64,000 nucleotides of DNA from Acidobacteriota bacterium (GCA_963663035.1 OY760074.1:3424001-3488000), one strand, 5' to 3'. Numbered from the stretch's first letter, positions 20,217 to 31,025 are shown. The notes: generated by a model not told the origin, from the letters alone. Program-made: numbers and translations.

Positions 20217-20304
20217 CAAGTCAGTCGTGGCTCAGCCGCACAACAAGGTTTCACAGAAAGGAGGAGGTGCACCCGAAGGTCGGTCTTTGAGTGTGTCCAC
20301 CATC

Positions 20305-22335
20305 ATGGAGTTCAAGCTTCAGGCAGGTTCTTTGAGTAGGTATGGGGGAAAGTTGTGGGCGGTGGCGTGGATCATTCTTTTTCTGGGTCCTCTCTCTTAC
20401 GCTCAGCAGCTTCCACTCGAGGTGGAAGACATGGGCTATGCGGATACCATCTTCATTAACGGGAAGATCGTGAGCATGGATGACGCATCCACCTCGACCG
20501 AGGTGGGGAACAGCTACCAGGCCCTGGCAGTCAAAAGGGACATCATCATGAAGCTGGGGACGACCCTGGAAGTTCGGGCCATGGCCGGGCGCAAGACCCG
20601 GATTCTGGATCTGAATGGACGAACCATGATCCCTGGTATTATCGAATCCCATCAACATATCTACGGTGCCTCCCTTCGTTGGCTGGACCGCTTCGGCTAC
20701 CAAAGTCCTGCCCGCGAGATTACTGTGCAGGCTGAGCTGGATCTGGAAAGGACGCAGGGAGTTATGCGGGATGCCATTCAAGAGGCGGTGTCCCAGATGG
20801 AACCGGGTCAATGGCTGATGGTCGACTTGACTGACCATCCTGCGGCACCCAGGCAGGGTTTCATCTGGGGAGCCACTCGACGCCTCACCGATCGCCAGGC
20901 CCTGGACCAATGGGCACCTGAAAATCCTGTACTGGTGCGGCCTGGCAATCGAGGAAGTGTCAACTCAAAGGCGCTGGAACTCATCAACGAATTCCTGCCC
21001 GGTTACTCTGCCTCCATCCAGGAGACCATGCACGGAGATGAGATCGGTGAGGACATCGCGGATATTGGATGGGTGGGAAGCGTGGAAATGGGCGTGATCA
21101 CCTGGGAGCTGTTTTTGGAGAATCTGGAGCCCAATACACTGGCTCAGATGCTCAAACTGGAATCCGAGGCCTGGGCCTCTCTGGGTGTGACCACCTTTAG
21201 CAGCCGGATTCAGTTTCCCAAGATCATGACCGGATACGCCAAGCTGGCCGAGTTGGGACAAATGCCCATTCGCTTCAATGCCCACTATGAGGTCCACCGG
21301 ATGCCTACCGATCCTCAGGAAACCCGCCAGTTGTACCGGCGCACGGGTGTGCTGCAAGGGATAGGCAACGATTACTTCTGGTTTGATGGAGTGGCTTCAG
21401 AGCGCTGGGACTCCCATTTTCCGGAGTCGTGCTTGGGACCCGATAGCAATGCCCCCGCTCATCTGAAGGCGCGTGAAACCTGCCCCAAACCGGGAGATCT
21501 GCACTGGGACACCTTGAAAAATGCCATCAAGGCGGGCTGGAGAATCAAGGGAGTGCACAGCTGCGGCAGCGAAGGTTTTCGACGCTTCATCCAGATGGTG
21601 GATGAGGCCCGGGTGGAGGCCGGGTTGACGGTCGAACAGATCCACGATCAGCACTTCGCTCTGGAACACTGTGATTTGATCGGGAAACAACCCGATGTGA
21701 TCGATAAGCTTCTGAGGTATGGGATTATTATCAGCTGCGGACCCGACTATGTGAGTGTGATGCGTTCCTGGATCAACGAATATGGACCCTACATGGATAA
21801 CATCGAGGATTTTTTTATCCCCTTCAGGACCTGGATAGAATCAGGAGTCAACGTGGTGGGACAACACTATGGTGGAGGTGCCTTTCGAGGCGCCGGTGGA
21901 GAAGGCAGTGTGAGAAGAGGACAGCGGCAACCGCCCTTTTTCATGCTGTGGCAGGCCATCACCCGGAAGTATGACGGGAAGGTCTGGCAGCCCGAGGAGC
22001 GCATTGACCGGGTGCATGCACTGAAGCTTTGGACTCGTTGGGCCTCCCGTTACGTCATGAAAGAAGACAAGCTGGGCTCGCTGGAAGAGGGGAAATGGGC
22101 CGATCTTCTGGTGATTGATCGGGATTACTTTACCATTCCCATAGACGACCTCCTCAAGATCCGACCTCTGATGACCATGGTGGGAGGTGACATCAAGGCA
22201 CTCAACGCCTCCTTGGCCAGAGAATGGAGAACGGTGCCCGTGGGACAGCAATACAACTTCGAGGACAGCGAGATGGAGTGGATTGGTCAAGCTTTCACTG
22301 AAGAGGGGAGAAGGGAAGCGGGCCTGATCCAGTAA
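20305..22335 (+). CDS. Exported long-type amidohydrolase (Amidohydro_3-like), paralogue 4
   Basis: Signal-like segment ending SYA; PGIIESHQH; GSLEEGKWADLLVIDRD. Start codon uncertain. Confidence 0.85.
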   Translation: MEFKLQAGSLSRYGGKLWAVAWIILFLGPLSYAQQLPLEVEDMGYADTIFINGKIVSMDDASTSTEVGNSYQALAVKRDIIMKLGTTLEVRAMAGRKTRILDLNGRTMIPGIIESHQHIYGASLRWLDRFGYQSPAREITVQAELDLERTQGVMRDAIQEAVSQMEPGQWLMVDLTDHPAAPRQGFIWGATRRLTDRQALDQWAPENPVLVRPGNRGSVNSKALELINEFLPGYSASIQETMHGDEIGEDIADIGWVGSVEMGVITWELFLENLEPNTLAQMLKLESEAWASLGVTTFSSRIQFPKIMTGYAKLAELGQMPIRFNAHYEVHRMPTDPQETRQLYRRTGVLQGIGNDYFWFDGVASERWDSHFPESCLGPDSNAPAHLKARETCPKPGDLHWDTLKNAIKAGWRIKGVHSCGSEGFRRFIQMVDEARVEAGLTVEQIHDQHFALEHCDLIGKQPDVIDKLLRYGIIISCGPDYVSVMRSWINEYGPYMDNIEDFFIPFRTWIESGVNVVGQHYGGGAFRGAGGEGSVRRGQRQPPFFMLWQAITRKYDGKVWQPEERIDRVHALKLWTRWASRYVMKEDKLGSLEEGKWADLLVIDRDYFTIPIDDLLKIRPLMTMVGGDIKALNASLAREWRTVPVGQQYNFEDSEMEWIGQAFTEEGRREAGLIQ

Positions 22336-22623
22336 GTGCCGGGCGGCTGTCCAGGTAGGTCAAGATCGAGGCCGCACAAGCCCTTCGACCGCAGGCGTAG
22401 CTTGGTACTCACTTTCATAAATACGATAACGTTTGCGGATGGGGCTTGCGAGGCGAGGTCGCGAAGGGAGGAGGAGGCGATGTCAGGGACATCGACGACG
22501 ACGAGTGACAAAGAGATCGCCCGCAACCCCCATCCGCCCGAAGGGTTGGGGCGGGACTGACCTTGCCCCCTAAAACGAGTCCAGTTTGAATGTTAGGATT
22601 TCCGGTTTAGGAAGGAGGCAAGG

Positions 22624-22902
22624 ATGGCAGGGAAGCGGTTTAGGGCAGAACAGATCATCATGAAGCTGCGTGAGGCAGAGGTGGGTCTGGCCCAAGGACA
22701 GAGGGTGGGACAGGTGTCGAAGCAGATGGGGGTGAGCGAGCAGACCTACTACCGGTGGCGCAAAGAGTACGGAGGGCTCCGGTTGGACCAGGCCAAGAGG
22801 TTGAAGGTGTTGGAGAAGGAGAATACCCGGTTGAAGAAGCTGGTGGCGGATCTGTCTTTGGACAAGCAGATCCTGAAGGAAGTGTCCTCGGGAAACTTCT
22901 AG
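22624..22902 (+). CDS. IS3 transposase OrfA (HTH)
   Basis: [14 protein letters not shown]...[18 protein letters not shown]. Confidence 0.95.
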   Translation: MAGKRFRAEQIIMKLREAEVGLAQGQRVGQVSKQMGVSEQTYYRWRKEYGGLRLDQAKRLKVLEKENTRLKKLVADLSLDKQILKEVSSGNF

Positions 22903-23795
22903 GCCCGGCGAACAGGAGACGAGCGGTGATGTGGGTACGAGAGCGATTAGGAGCAGAGCGAGTCTCCGAACGTCGGGCCTGCCAAGTGCTGGGACAGGTT
23001 CGATCGACCCAGCGAAGGGAAAGGCAAATTCCCGATGATGAGGCCCGATTGGTGGCCCGGATGGTGGAGTTGGCTACGCAATACGGGCGTTATGGCTACC
23101 GGCGGGTCACGGCGATACTTCATGGGGAAGGGTGGAAGGTGAATCCTAAGCGGGTGGAGAGGCTGTGGAGACAAGAAGGGCTGAAAGTCCCGTCCAGACA
23201 GCCGAAACGAAGGAGGCTGTGGCTTAATGACGGTTCCTGTGTTCGGTTACGAGCGGCTCGCAAGAACCACGTCTGGAGCTATGATTTCGTGCATGAACGG
23301 ACCCATGATGGGCGAGCCTTTCGGCTATTGACGATCCTGGATGAGTACACCAGAGAGTGCCTCGCCATTGATGTGAAACGGCAGATGAATCACCAAGACG
23401 TGTTGGACCGGCTGGCGGAGTTATTCGTTGATCGGGGAGTGCCTGAGTTTATCCGGTCCGATAACGGATCGGAGTTTACGGCACAGGCGGTCCGGGACTG
23501 GCTGCAGGCTGTTGGGGTAAGGACCTTGTACATCGAGCCGGGCAGCCCCTGGGAGAATGGGTACATTGAGAGTTTCAACGGGAAACTACGGGATGAGCTG
23601 CTGAACATGGAGATCTTCGACACGCTGGGGGAAGCCAAGGTGTTGGTAGAACGCTGGCGGAGGGATTACAATCAGATCCGGCCTCACAGCGCCTTGGCCT
23701 ATCGGCCGCCGGCGCCAGAGGCCAAACTACCTAGGTCGCAGGCACTGGATCCAATCCCTTGGAGTGGACTTCAAATGGTCCCGGGTCTAGCATAG
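22890..23795 (+). CDS. IS3 transposase OrfB (DDE), reached by -1 frameshift
   Basis: Slippery G GGA AAC at 22890-22896 in the OrfA frame; WSYDF, IRSDNG and [11 protein letters not shown] motifs. Confidence 0.9.
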   Translation, partial: GKLLGPANRRRAVMWVRERLGAERVSERRACQVLGQVRSTQRRERQIPDDEARLVARMVELATQYGRYGYRRVTAILHGEGWKVNPKRVERLWRQEGLKVPSRQPKRRRLWLNDGSCVRLRAARKNHVWSYDFVHERTHDGRAFRLLTILDEYTRECLAIDVKRQMNHQDVLDRLAELFVDRGVPEFIRSDNGSEFTAQAVRDWLQAVGVRTLYIEPGSPWENGYIESFNGKLRDELLNMEIFDTLGEAKVLVERWRRDYNQIRPHSALAYRPPAPEAKLPRSQALDPIPWSGLQMVPGLA

Positions 23796-24010
23796 AGGGT
23801 GGACTCGTTCGTGGGGGCAGGTCAGGACGGGCCCATTTCTTTGTTGCTTCTCCTCGCCGATGTCCCTGACATCGACTCGTCGTCGCGCCTCGATCTGGGC
23901 TCCGTCGCGCTCCCAACAAACGCTATCGTATTTATCTAAGTGAGTACTAGGCTACGTCGAGGATCGAAGGGCGCGGAGAACGAAGATATTGAGCTCCCTG
24001 GACAGCCGCC

Positions 24011-25483
24011 CTAGAGGATTGGGGCGAAGAGTATGTGCACGACTGTAACAAGCACCATGATCAGTATCGTGGCCACCGATCCCACCTTGATCATCTCTTT
24101 CATGTCAAGATAGCCGGAGGCGAAGGCCGTACCCGCAGATGCTCCTGCCCAGGGGAATAATACCCCCACGGCTGCATTGGGGATAAGGATGGCCATACTG
24201 GCAGGATTGAAGCCAATCTCTGCGGCCGTGGGGATAAAGATACTGCAAAAGAGAGTCGAGGCAGCTGTTCCTGAAAAGAGATTGGTCCCCACCACCGTAA
24301 CCCCGGCAGCCAGGAAGGGCAATCCCGTTATCCCGATGCCCAACCCCCCGATCACGCCATCTGTAAACTCCAGGAATCCAAATTGGCTGAGAGCGTCGGT
24401 CATGGCCACCGCACCCGTACACAGAAAGATGATGTTCCAGGGTGCGTGCTCGACAACGTCACGCCAGATCAAAGTTCCTTCCCCCTTTTGAACATTCACG
24501 GGAAGAAGGAAAAGCAGGAACAGAACTGCCGGCGGTACCAACCAGGTGGGCACAGCGCTGCGCACGTAAGTGGCCGTAGGATGATCCGCCCCCAGAGCCA
24601 GAGAGAGCAGTGAGGGTCCTGTGAACAACAGTACCATGGTCACGAAACTCACAAGCACATTGATTTCTCCGACCGTCATCTTTCCCAGTTTCTTGACTTC
24701 ACCCTCAACAAAGTCCCGCCCTCCTGGAATCGTGGAAATTTCCGGAGGGAAAAAATAGCGGAGCAGAAAATAAAAGCTGACCAGCAAGACCACGAAGAGC
24801 GGTACTCCCACCTTCATCCACCGGAACCACCCGATATAGGTGTCAGCCAGACTCTCAGCCAGAGAGACACCGATAGCGTTATGAGGGAGACCGGCTATGG
24901 TCGCCACCCCCCCGGCCACGGCTCCATAAAGCGTCCCTAAGGCCAGAAACGAAGCCAGTCGACTTTTCTGGCCAGCCTCCGGAGCAATACCAGTGACTCC
25001 GCTGATGTAGGCAAAGAGTGACATTCCGATTGGCATCATCATCCCCACCACCCCAACATCGGCAATGAACATGGAGAGGAGAGCGACCACCAACATATAC
25101 ATAAACGTCAGCATAGCTGTGCTGTTGGCTACGCCTTTCAGTGTCAGGAATCTGAGGGCCACTCGCTTGGCTAGCCCGTGCTTTTCAAGGGCATAGCCGA
25201 GCATGGTGATTCCCAGGATCCAAAAGAAGATCCTTTGGCCATAAAGAGCAGTCGTCGCACGGATAGACATCACACCCAGAACCGGGAACACCACAAGAGG
25301 GAGCAGGGAAGAGATACCCCAGGGGATGGGTCGTGCCATCCACCAGGCAACACACCAAACGAAGGTGGCGAAGGCGACCCGGCCATTGTAGGGCAGTCCC
25401 TCTAAAGGTGCAGCGTAAATCAGAAGAAACGCTGCTGGCCCAACTGCCAGTTTGGCGAAGAAATTCATGTGCCTGGGTGTCAT
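24011..25483 (-). CDS. SLC13/DASS family anion:sodium symporter
   Basis: 490-aa polytopic membrane protein; GGVATIAGLPHN, PWNIIFL and AFASGYL motifs. Confidence 0.85.
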   Translation of the reverse strand: MTPRHMNFFAKLAVGPAAFLLIYAAPLEGLPYNGRVAFATFVWCVAWWMARPIPWGISSLLPLVVFPVLGVMSIRATTALYGQRIFFWILGITMLGYALEKHGLAKRVALRFLTLKGVANSTAMLTFMYMLVVALLSMFIADVGVVGMMMPIGMSLFAYISGVTGIAPEAGQKSRLASFLALGTLYGAVAGGVATIAGLPHNAIGVSLAESLADTYIGWFRWMKVGVPLFVVLLVSFYFLLRYFFPPEISTIPGGRDFVEGEVKKLGKMTVGEINVLVSFVTMVLLFTGPSLLSLALGADHPTATYVRSAVPTWLVPPAVLFLLFLLPVNVQKGEGTLIWRDVVEHAPWNIIFLCTGAVAMTDALSQFGFLEFTDGVIGGLGIGITGLPFLAAGVTVVGTNLFSGTAASTLFCSIFIPTAAEIGFNPASMAILIPNAAVGVLFPWAGASAGTAFASGYLDMKEMIKVGSVATILIMVLVTVVHILFAPIL

Positions 25484-25531
25484 CGGGATCGGTCCCGAGC
25501 CCGGATGTTACGTAACCCGGGCTTGGCGGGA

Positions 25532-25560
25532 ATGGTATTGGAGTCTGCCCAAGGTGTCAA
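25532..25560 (-). promoter_or_regulatory. sigma70-type promoter for the SLC13 gene
   Basis: TTGACA-N17-TACCAT on the minus strand. Confidence 0.6.
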
Positions 25561-25591
25561 GCAGACGAAAGGCCTCATCCATGACTTTCCC

Positions 25592-25620
25592 TTGACAGAG
25601 ACTGACCCACAGGATAGGTT
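25592..25620 (+). promoter_or_regulatory. sigma70-type promoter for amidohydrolase paralogue 5
   Basis: TTGACA-N17-TAGGTT. Confidence 0.55.
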
Positions 25621-25710
25621 AGCGGCATTCTATCAACTATTCTCGAAGACGCCTCAGGAGCGTAAGGACAGGGAAAGTCCGATACTTTGGCACCAAAAAA
25701 GGGAGGAATG

Positions 25711-27468
25711 ATGAAACAGCAAACTTGGAATGACCTTCACCGCTTGTTTTTATTGTTGTGTCTTGGCGCAACGGTGGGCAGTGGCTGGGCTCAAAGCGCC
25801 CAGAGCCTGCCGCCTGAAGTCGTTGCCTATGCGGATATAGTCTTTTACAACGGCAAGATCCTCACCGCAGATGAGCAGTTCACAATTGTAGAGGCGGTGG
25901 CCATTCGAGGCGACAAATTCCTGGCGGTGGGAGATAACCAGAGAATTCTGGCCATGGCCGGGCCCCAAACCCGACGAGTGGACCTGGAGCAGCGAAGCGT
26001 GGTCCCGGGCTTTATGGATACCCACCTGCATTCCGCCTGGGTGACCCGTGTGCGCCGGGCGACGGGAGACGCGGCCACACCCTTTACTGGACCGGAGTTG
26101 AATTTCGACACCCTGGAGAGCGCCCTGGAGAGCCTACGGGCCCGGGTTGAAGCGACCCCTCCGGGAGAGGTTATTTCGCTGAGCGGACCCAGCAACCCAG
26201 TGGTGAATCACCAGCTCAACGTCACTCTTCTGGATGAGATTGCTCCCGACAATATGCTCTGGATCGAGGCCATGAATGACCAGATTGTGGCCAATAGCCT
26301 GGTCCTGGAGAAGGTTCCTACCGATATTCCGGGCATCGTCAGAGACGAGCAGGGTCGGATGACAGGCCACCTCAGAGGAGCAGCTGCCGGCGTTCCCACC
26401 TATGAGCTGCAGCCGTGGGCGAAGGTCGAGGACTTACTGGAACCTCAAAAAGAGGAATTTCTCCGCCACAATGCGATGGGACTCACGACCTTGATGGGGC
26501 GTGCCGGCGGTCTGTCGGTTACGGTCTTCCGGGATCTGATGGTGAAAGATGAACTGACCATGAGAGTTCGTATCCACCACCACTTCCTGCGCCAGAATGG
26601 GTATGCGGAGGCTTACCTGAAGAGGTTGGGTAATCTGACCGACCTGGGAAACGACATGTTCAAGATCATCGGGACGTCGGTCCAGGTGGTGGATGGCACC
26701 TCCAACAACGGGTCGGCTAACACCAGTCAAGCCAAAATAAAGATCCTCGACATAGATCCGTACGGACCTTTCGGCATGAACAAGTGGGAAGAGAGCGGTG
26801 ATCTGGCTACCAGTGACCGGCAAAGCATCATCCTGGCCAATCGTTACGGCTGGTCGATCGGTTCTCTGCACAGCAGCGGCGACATGAGCAACACCATACT
26901 GCTGGAAGTTTTTGAAGAGGCCCATCGTGAGAGGTCTCTGGTGGGCCGTCACTTTGGGATAGACCACGGCATGATGTGGAGGCCGGAGCATTATGCCCTG
27001 GTCAAGGAGATGGACGTGATCCCCAGTGTCTATGCCAAGGCCATGTACGGCAATGATAACTTGGTTGAAATGTACGGAATGGACGCCGTTTACAATATGC
27101 AGCCGGTCAAATCCATGATCGAGGCAGGAATCAGGCCGGCGGCGGAAGCCGACGCTTTTGATGCTCGCACCAGGCCACCTCTCTTTAACATCATGAAATG
27201 GGTGACCCGGATAGACGACAGGGGCCGGCAGCTGAATCCGGCTGAGAAAGTGAGTCGGGAGGAGGCCCTTTACATGTACACTCTGTGGGCTGCCGCCTAC
27301 AGTGGGGAAGAGGACATCCTGGGTTCCATCGAGCCCGGAAAGCTGGCCGATCTGGTAGTGCTGGCTGGAGACTACCTGACCTTTCCCGAGACTGAGTTGG
27401 ACAAACTTCGGGTCTTGATGACCGTTATGGGAGGCCAGGTCGTCCACGAGGCCTCCGGCGCCTTCTAG
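25711..27468 (+). CDS. Exported amidohydrolase (Amidohydro_3/YtcJ-like), paralogue 5
   Basis: Signal peptide ending GWA; PGFMDTHLH; closest to paralogue 3. Confidence 0.9.
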   Translation: MKQQTWNDLHRLFLLLCLGATVGSGWAQSAQSLPPEVVAYADIVFYNGKILTADEQFTIVEAVAIRGDKFLAVGDNQRILAMAGPQTRRVDLEQRSVVPGFMDTHLHSAWVTRVRRATGDAATPFTGPELNFDTLESALESLRARVEATPPGEVISLSGPSNPVVNHQLNVTLLDEIAPDNMLWIEAMNDQIVANSLVLEKVPTDIPGIVRDEQGRMTGHLRGAAAGVPTYELQPWAKVEDLLEPQKEEFLRHNAMGLTTLMGRAGGLSVTVFRDLMVKDELTMRVRIHHHFLRQNGYAEAYLKRLGNLTDLGNDMFKIIGTSVQVVDGTSNNGSANTSQAKIKILDIDPYGPFGMNKWEESGDLATSDRQSIILANRYGWSIGSLHSSGDMSNTILLEVFEEAHRERSLVGRHFGIDHGMMWRPEHYALVKEMDVIPSVYAKAMYGNDNLVEMYGMDAVYNMQPVKSMIEAGIRPAAEADAFDARTRPPLFNIMKWVTRIDDRGRQLNPAEKVSREEALYMYTLWAAAYSGEEDILGSIEPGKLADLVVLAGDYLTFPETELDKLRVLMTVMGGQVVHEASGAF

Positions 27469-27477
27469 ATCAGGCAA

Positions 27478-27553
27478 GTAGGGGCGCACAGCCGTGCGCC
27501 CTTTAACCCGTTGACAAACCGAGATTTGTGGGCGCACGTCTGTGCGCCCCTAC
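27478..27553. repeat. GTAG-type REP pair (REPIN-like)
   Basis: GTAGGGGCGCACAGCCGTGCGCCC ... GGGCGCACGTCTGTGCGCCCCTAC in inverted orientation between convergent genes. Confidence 0.8.
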
Positions 27554-27564
27554 GCAAGGACCCC

Positions 27565-29037
27565 CTAGAGAATGGGAGCCATCAGCAGGTGGACCCCGAG
27601 AATGATCACAAGGATGAGTAGCGTGGCGACCGCTCCGACCTTCATCATTACCTTCAGGTCCAGATAGCCGGAAGCAAAGGCCGTACCTGCGGATGCCCCG
27701 GCCCAGGGAAACATTATTCCCACGGCACCGTTGGGAATGAGTATGGCTATGCTGGCGGGGTTGTAACCAAACTCCACGGCGGCGGGAATGAAGATACTGC
27801 AAAAGAGAGTCGTGGCAGCCGTACCCGAGAAGAGGTTGGTACCCACGATGATCGCTGGAGCGGCAATGAAGGGCAGCCCTGTCGCACTGATGCCTATACT
27901 CTGAATGATGCCCGAGGTGTAGTCCAGGAACCCGAACTGGGTGAGAGCATCGGTCATGCCCACCGCCCCCGTACACAGGAAGATGATGTTCCAGGGTGCG
28001 TGATGGGAAACGTCACGCCAGATCAAGGTGCCTTCGCCCTTCTTCACATCTACGGGCAGGAGGAAAAGCAGGATAAGGACTGCTGGAGGGACTACCCAGG
28101 TCGGTAGAGCATTGCGCAGGTACTCGGCCACAGGATGTCCTTCCCCCAGAATCAGAGACATGATGGAGGGACCCGTGAACATCAGCACCATGCAGACGAA
28201 GGTCACCAGCACATTGATCTCTCCGGTCGTCATCTTGCCCAGTTTCTGGAGTTCCTTCCCGATAAACTCCCGGCCCCCCGGGATACGAGAAACTTCGGGA
28301 GGAAAGAAAAATCGGAGTAAAAGATAAAAGCTGATGAGCAAGATAACAAAGAGCGGCATCCCCACTTTCATCCAGCGGAACCAGCTGATATAGGTTCCAG
28401 CCAGACTATCGGCCAGGGCCACTCCGATGGCGTTGTGGGGCAGACCCGCAATGGTCCCCACTCCCCCTGCCACCGCTCCGTAAAGTGTCCCCATGGCCAG
28501 AAAAGAAGCCAGTCGGCTGTTCTTGCCCTCCTCCCCACCGAGATCGGTGACACTGCTGATGTAGGCCACCAGAGACATCCCGATCGGCATCATCATGGCC
28601 ACCACCCCGGCATCGGTGACGAACATGGATATGATTGCGGCCACCAACATATACATGAAGATCAGGCGAGACGTGCTGTCGGCCACTCCTTTGATTTTCA
28701 GGAATCTCAGGGCAACCCGCTTGGCCAGTCCATGCTTCTCAATGGCATAGCCGAGCATGGTAATTCCCAGAAGCCAAAAGAAAATTCTTTGGCCATAAAG
28801 AGCAGTGGTGGCACGGATCGACATCACGCCCAGGACGGGAAACACCACAAGCGGCAGCATCGAAGACATGGCCCAGGGGATGGGCCGGGTCATCCACCAG
28901 ACAACAGCCCAAACAAGGGTGGCCAGGGCTACTCGACAGTTATAGGAAACCCCTTCCAGGGGTAAGAGATAGGTGATCAGGAAGGCTGCGGGCCCGGACG
29001 CCAGTTTTGCCAGCGCGTTTAAGCGAGTTGTCGGCAT
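27565..29037 (-). CDS. SLC13/DASS family anion:sodium symporter (paralogue of 24011..25483)
   Basis: 490 aa, colinear with the first copy. Confidence 0.85.
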   Translation of the reverse strand: MPTTRLNALAKLASGPAAFLITYLLPLEGVSYNCRVALATLVWAVVWWMTRPIPWAMSSMLPLVVFPVLGVMSIRATTALYGQRIFFWLLGITMLGYAIEKHGLAKRVALRFLKIKGVADSTSRLIFMYMLVAAIISMFVTDAGVVAMMMPIGMSLVAYISSVTDLGGEEGKNSRLASFLAMGTLYGAVAGGVGTIAGLPHNAIGVALADSLAGTYISWFRWMKVGMPLFVILLISFYLLLRFFFPPEVSRIPGGREFIGKELQKLGKMTTGEINVLVTFVCMVLMFTGPSIMSLILGEGHPVAEYLRNALPTWVVPPAVLILLFLLPVDVKKGEGTLIWRDVSHHAPWNIIFLCTGAVGMTDALTQFGFLDYTSGIIQSIGISATGLPFIAAPAIIVGTNLFSGTAATTLFCSIFIPAAVEFGYNPASIAILIPNGAVGIMFPWAGASAGTAFASGYLDLKVMMKVGAVATLLILVIILGVHLLMAPIL

Positions 29038-29078
29038 TAGTTTGATTTATAACTTAAGCTGCCAGGTGGCAGAGAAAT

Positions 29079-31025
29079 TTAATTGCCGCTTTCTCCCAGG
29101 TATTGAGCTGCCACTTCCTCATCTGAAAAATCGTAGGCAGGTCCCACCGCTTCCATGCCAAACTCGTTTGCCAGGGATTCCTGCAGCTGGATAATCTTGC
29201 CGCCTACCATGGTCATGGGAGTGCGGACCTTCAAGATGTCATTCACGGGAACGGTAAAGTAGTCACGATCCAGGATGACCAGATCTGCGAACTTGCCCTC
29301 TTCCAGCGTGCCGAGCTCGTCTTCCTTCAGGACGTATTCAGCTGGCCAGGATGTCCACATTTTCATGGCATGCACCCGGTCAATACGTTCTTCGGGCTGC
29401 CAGACGACCCCATCATGTAGGCGAGTTACTGCCTGCCACAGTGTCCTCATGGGTGGTGTTCGCCCATAATGCTGGCCCACCAGCTTCACACCGGAGTCAA
29501 GCCAGGTCTTGAAGGGCAGGATAAAGGACTGGATTTGATCGCCGTAGTCGCGAACCCAGGCAGGTGATTCTGAGACGATGTCGGGTCCGCAGCTCAAGAT
29601 GATTCCATAATCCTTCAATCCCTGTATGATATCCGGGAGTTTTCCGATCAGACCGCAGTGCTCGCCTGTCAGCCTCATGTCACGCACCTGCTGCATCGTC
29701 CAGCCGTTGACTTCGCGGGCCTCATCGATCATCCGCATGAAGGCTCGCGCGCTTTCGCTGCCGCACATGTGCACTCCCGCCAGCCGCCAGCCGGCGGCGG
29801 CTGCGTTTTCAAGTGTGTCCCAAGGCAGTTCCCCGGGTACCGGGCAGACTTCTCGAGACTTGATATTGGCTGGAGCGATGGTATCCGGTCCGGTGCACGA
29901 TTCCGGGTAAAACGAGTCCCAACGCTCTGAGGCCACGCCGTCAATCCACAGGTAATCGTCTCCAATTCCCTGCAGCACACCGGTACGGCGATAGATCTGA
30001 CGGGTTTGCTGGGGATCGGTGGGCATACGGTGGATCTCGTAGTGGGCAGATAACCGAATGGGCATTTGACCCAGACCGGCCAGGGTGGCATACCCGCTCA
30101 TGATCTTGGGGAACTGAATACGGCTGGAAAAGGTGGTGATTCCCTTGGTGGCGGCATCTTCCGACACCAGTTTGATGGCCTGGGCCAGAGTGGGCAGAGG
30201 GACTTTTTCCAGAAAAAGCTGCCAGGTGATCACGGACATTTCCTGGCTTCCCACCCATCCGATTTCGGCAATGTCCTCACCGATGACGTCCCCGTGCATG
30301 GTTTCGTGGATGGAGGCGGAATATCCAGGGAAAAAGTCATCCAGGATCTCCAAGGCCTTGGAATTGACGTTGCCTCTCAACCCGGGCCTCATCAGGACCG
30401 GGTTGTCGGGGGCCCACTGATCGAGAGTTCTGCGGTTTGTCAGGCGTCGAGTCATGCTCCAGAGGGCGAGTTGGCGGGGATTTTCATCAGGATGACTCTG
30501 CATACTGAGGACTATCCAGTCACCCGGGTTGACCTCCTTGACCGCATCCTGGAGGGCATCGCGCAGAAGGCCCTGGGTTTGTTCCAGGTCGGTGGGGTGC
30601 GCCTGAGCTGACGTAAAGTAAACTCCCTCGGGCGGGTACTTGAAGCCCAATCGATCCAGATGCTGTACGGCACTGCCGTACATGTGGCTGTGGCTCTCAA
30701 TAATGCCGGGAATCAGGGTTTTTCCTCTCAAGTCGAAAATCACGGTGTCGGGACCTGCCACGGCCCTCACCTGAGCGGTGGTGCCCAGCTTCATGATCTT
30801 GTGGCCCTTGACCGCAATGGCCTGATAGATGGTCCCCACGCTGGTTGAGCGGGAGATATCGTCCATGCTCACCACCTTCCCGTTGACAAAGATGCTGTCA
30901 GCGTAACCCTGTTGGGCCACCTCGGGAGCCAGCTGAGCCAACGAGTTGGTAGCCTGGAAGAGAAAAAGTATGCTCAGGCTCAGGGAAAGAGCAAAGAACC
31001 TGAGAGCCCATTGATCGATTCTCAT
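29079..31025 (-). CDS. Exported long-type amidohydrolase (Amidohydro_3-like), paralogue 6
   Basis: Signal peptide; PGIIESHSH; close to paralogue 4 (FSSRIQFPKIM, SERWDS). Confidence 0.85.
   Translation of the reverse strand: MRIDQWALRFFALSLSLSILFLFQATNSLAQLAPEVAQQGYADSIFVNGKVVSMDDISRSTSVGTIYQAIAVKGHKIMKLGTTAQVRAVAGPDTVIFDLRGKTLIPGIIESHSHMYGSAVQHLDRLGFKYPPEGVYFTSAQAHPTDLEQTQGLLRDALQDAVKEVNPGDWIVLSMQSHPDENPRQLALWSMTRRLTNRRTLDQWAPDNPVLMRPGLRGNVNSKALEILDDFFPGYSASIHETMHGDVIGEDIAEIGWVGSQEMSVITWQLFLEKVPLPTLAQAIKLVSEDAATKGITTFSSRIQFPKIMSGYATLAGLGQMPIRLSAHYEIHRMPTDPQQTRQIYRRTGVLQGIGDDYLWIDGVASERWDSFYPESCTGPDTIAPANIKSREVCPVPGELPWDTLENAAAAGWRLAGVHMCGSESARAFMRMIDEAREVNGWTMQQVRDMRLTGEHCGLIGKLPDIIQGLKDYGIILSCGPDIVSESPAWVRDYGDQIQSFILPFKTWLDSGVKLVGQHYGRTPPMRTLWQAVTRLHDGVVWQPEERIDRVHAMKMWTSWPAEYVLKEDELGTLEEGKFADLVILDRDYFTVPVNDILKVRTPMTMVGGKIIQLQESLANEFGMEAVGPAYDFSDEEVAAQYLGESGN

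Larger units (their letters stand above)
22558..23824 (+). mobile_element. IS3-family insertion sequence (IS407-group-like), 1267 bp
   Basis: Terminal IRs TGACCTTGCCCCCTAAAACGAGTCCA / TGGACTCGTTCGTGGGGGCAGGTCA (TG...CA); 4-bp target duplication GGAC at 22554-22557 and 23825-23828. Confidence 0.95.
22341..24011. repeat. Long imperfect inverted repeat (arms ~185 bp; ~400-bp hairpin element) interrupted by the IS
   Basis: The left arm GGGCGGCTGTCCAGG...GTACTCACTT..ATAAATACGATA...CGATGTCAGGGACATCG matches the reverse complement of 23829..24011 block by block. Confidence 0.85.

Noticed and set aside
20188-20304. TTG start at 20188 and a possible riboswitch in the leader
   Set aside because: The TTG is the -35 box of a good promoter, and I recognised no riboswitch consensus.
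22336-22560. Small ORFs within the palindromic arm
   Set aside because: The translations are uninformative, and the region is better explained as an inverted-repeat element.
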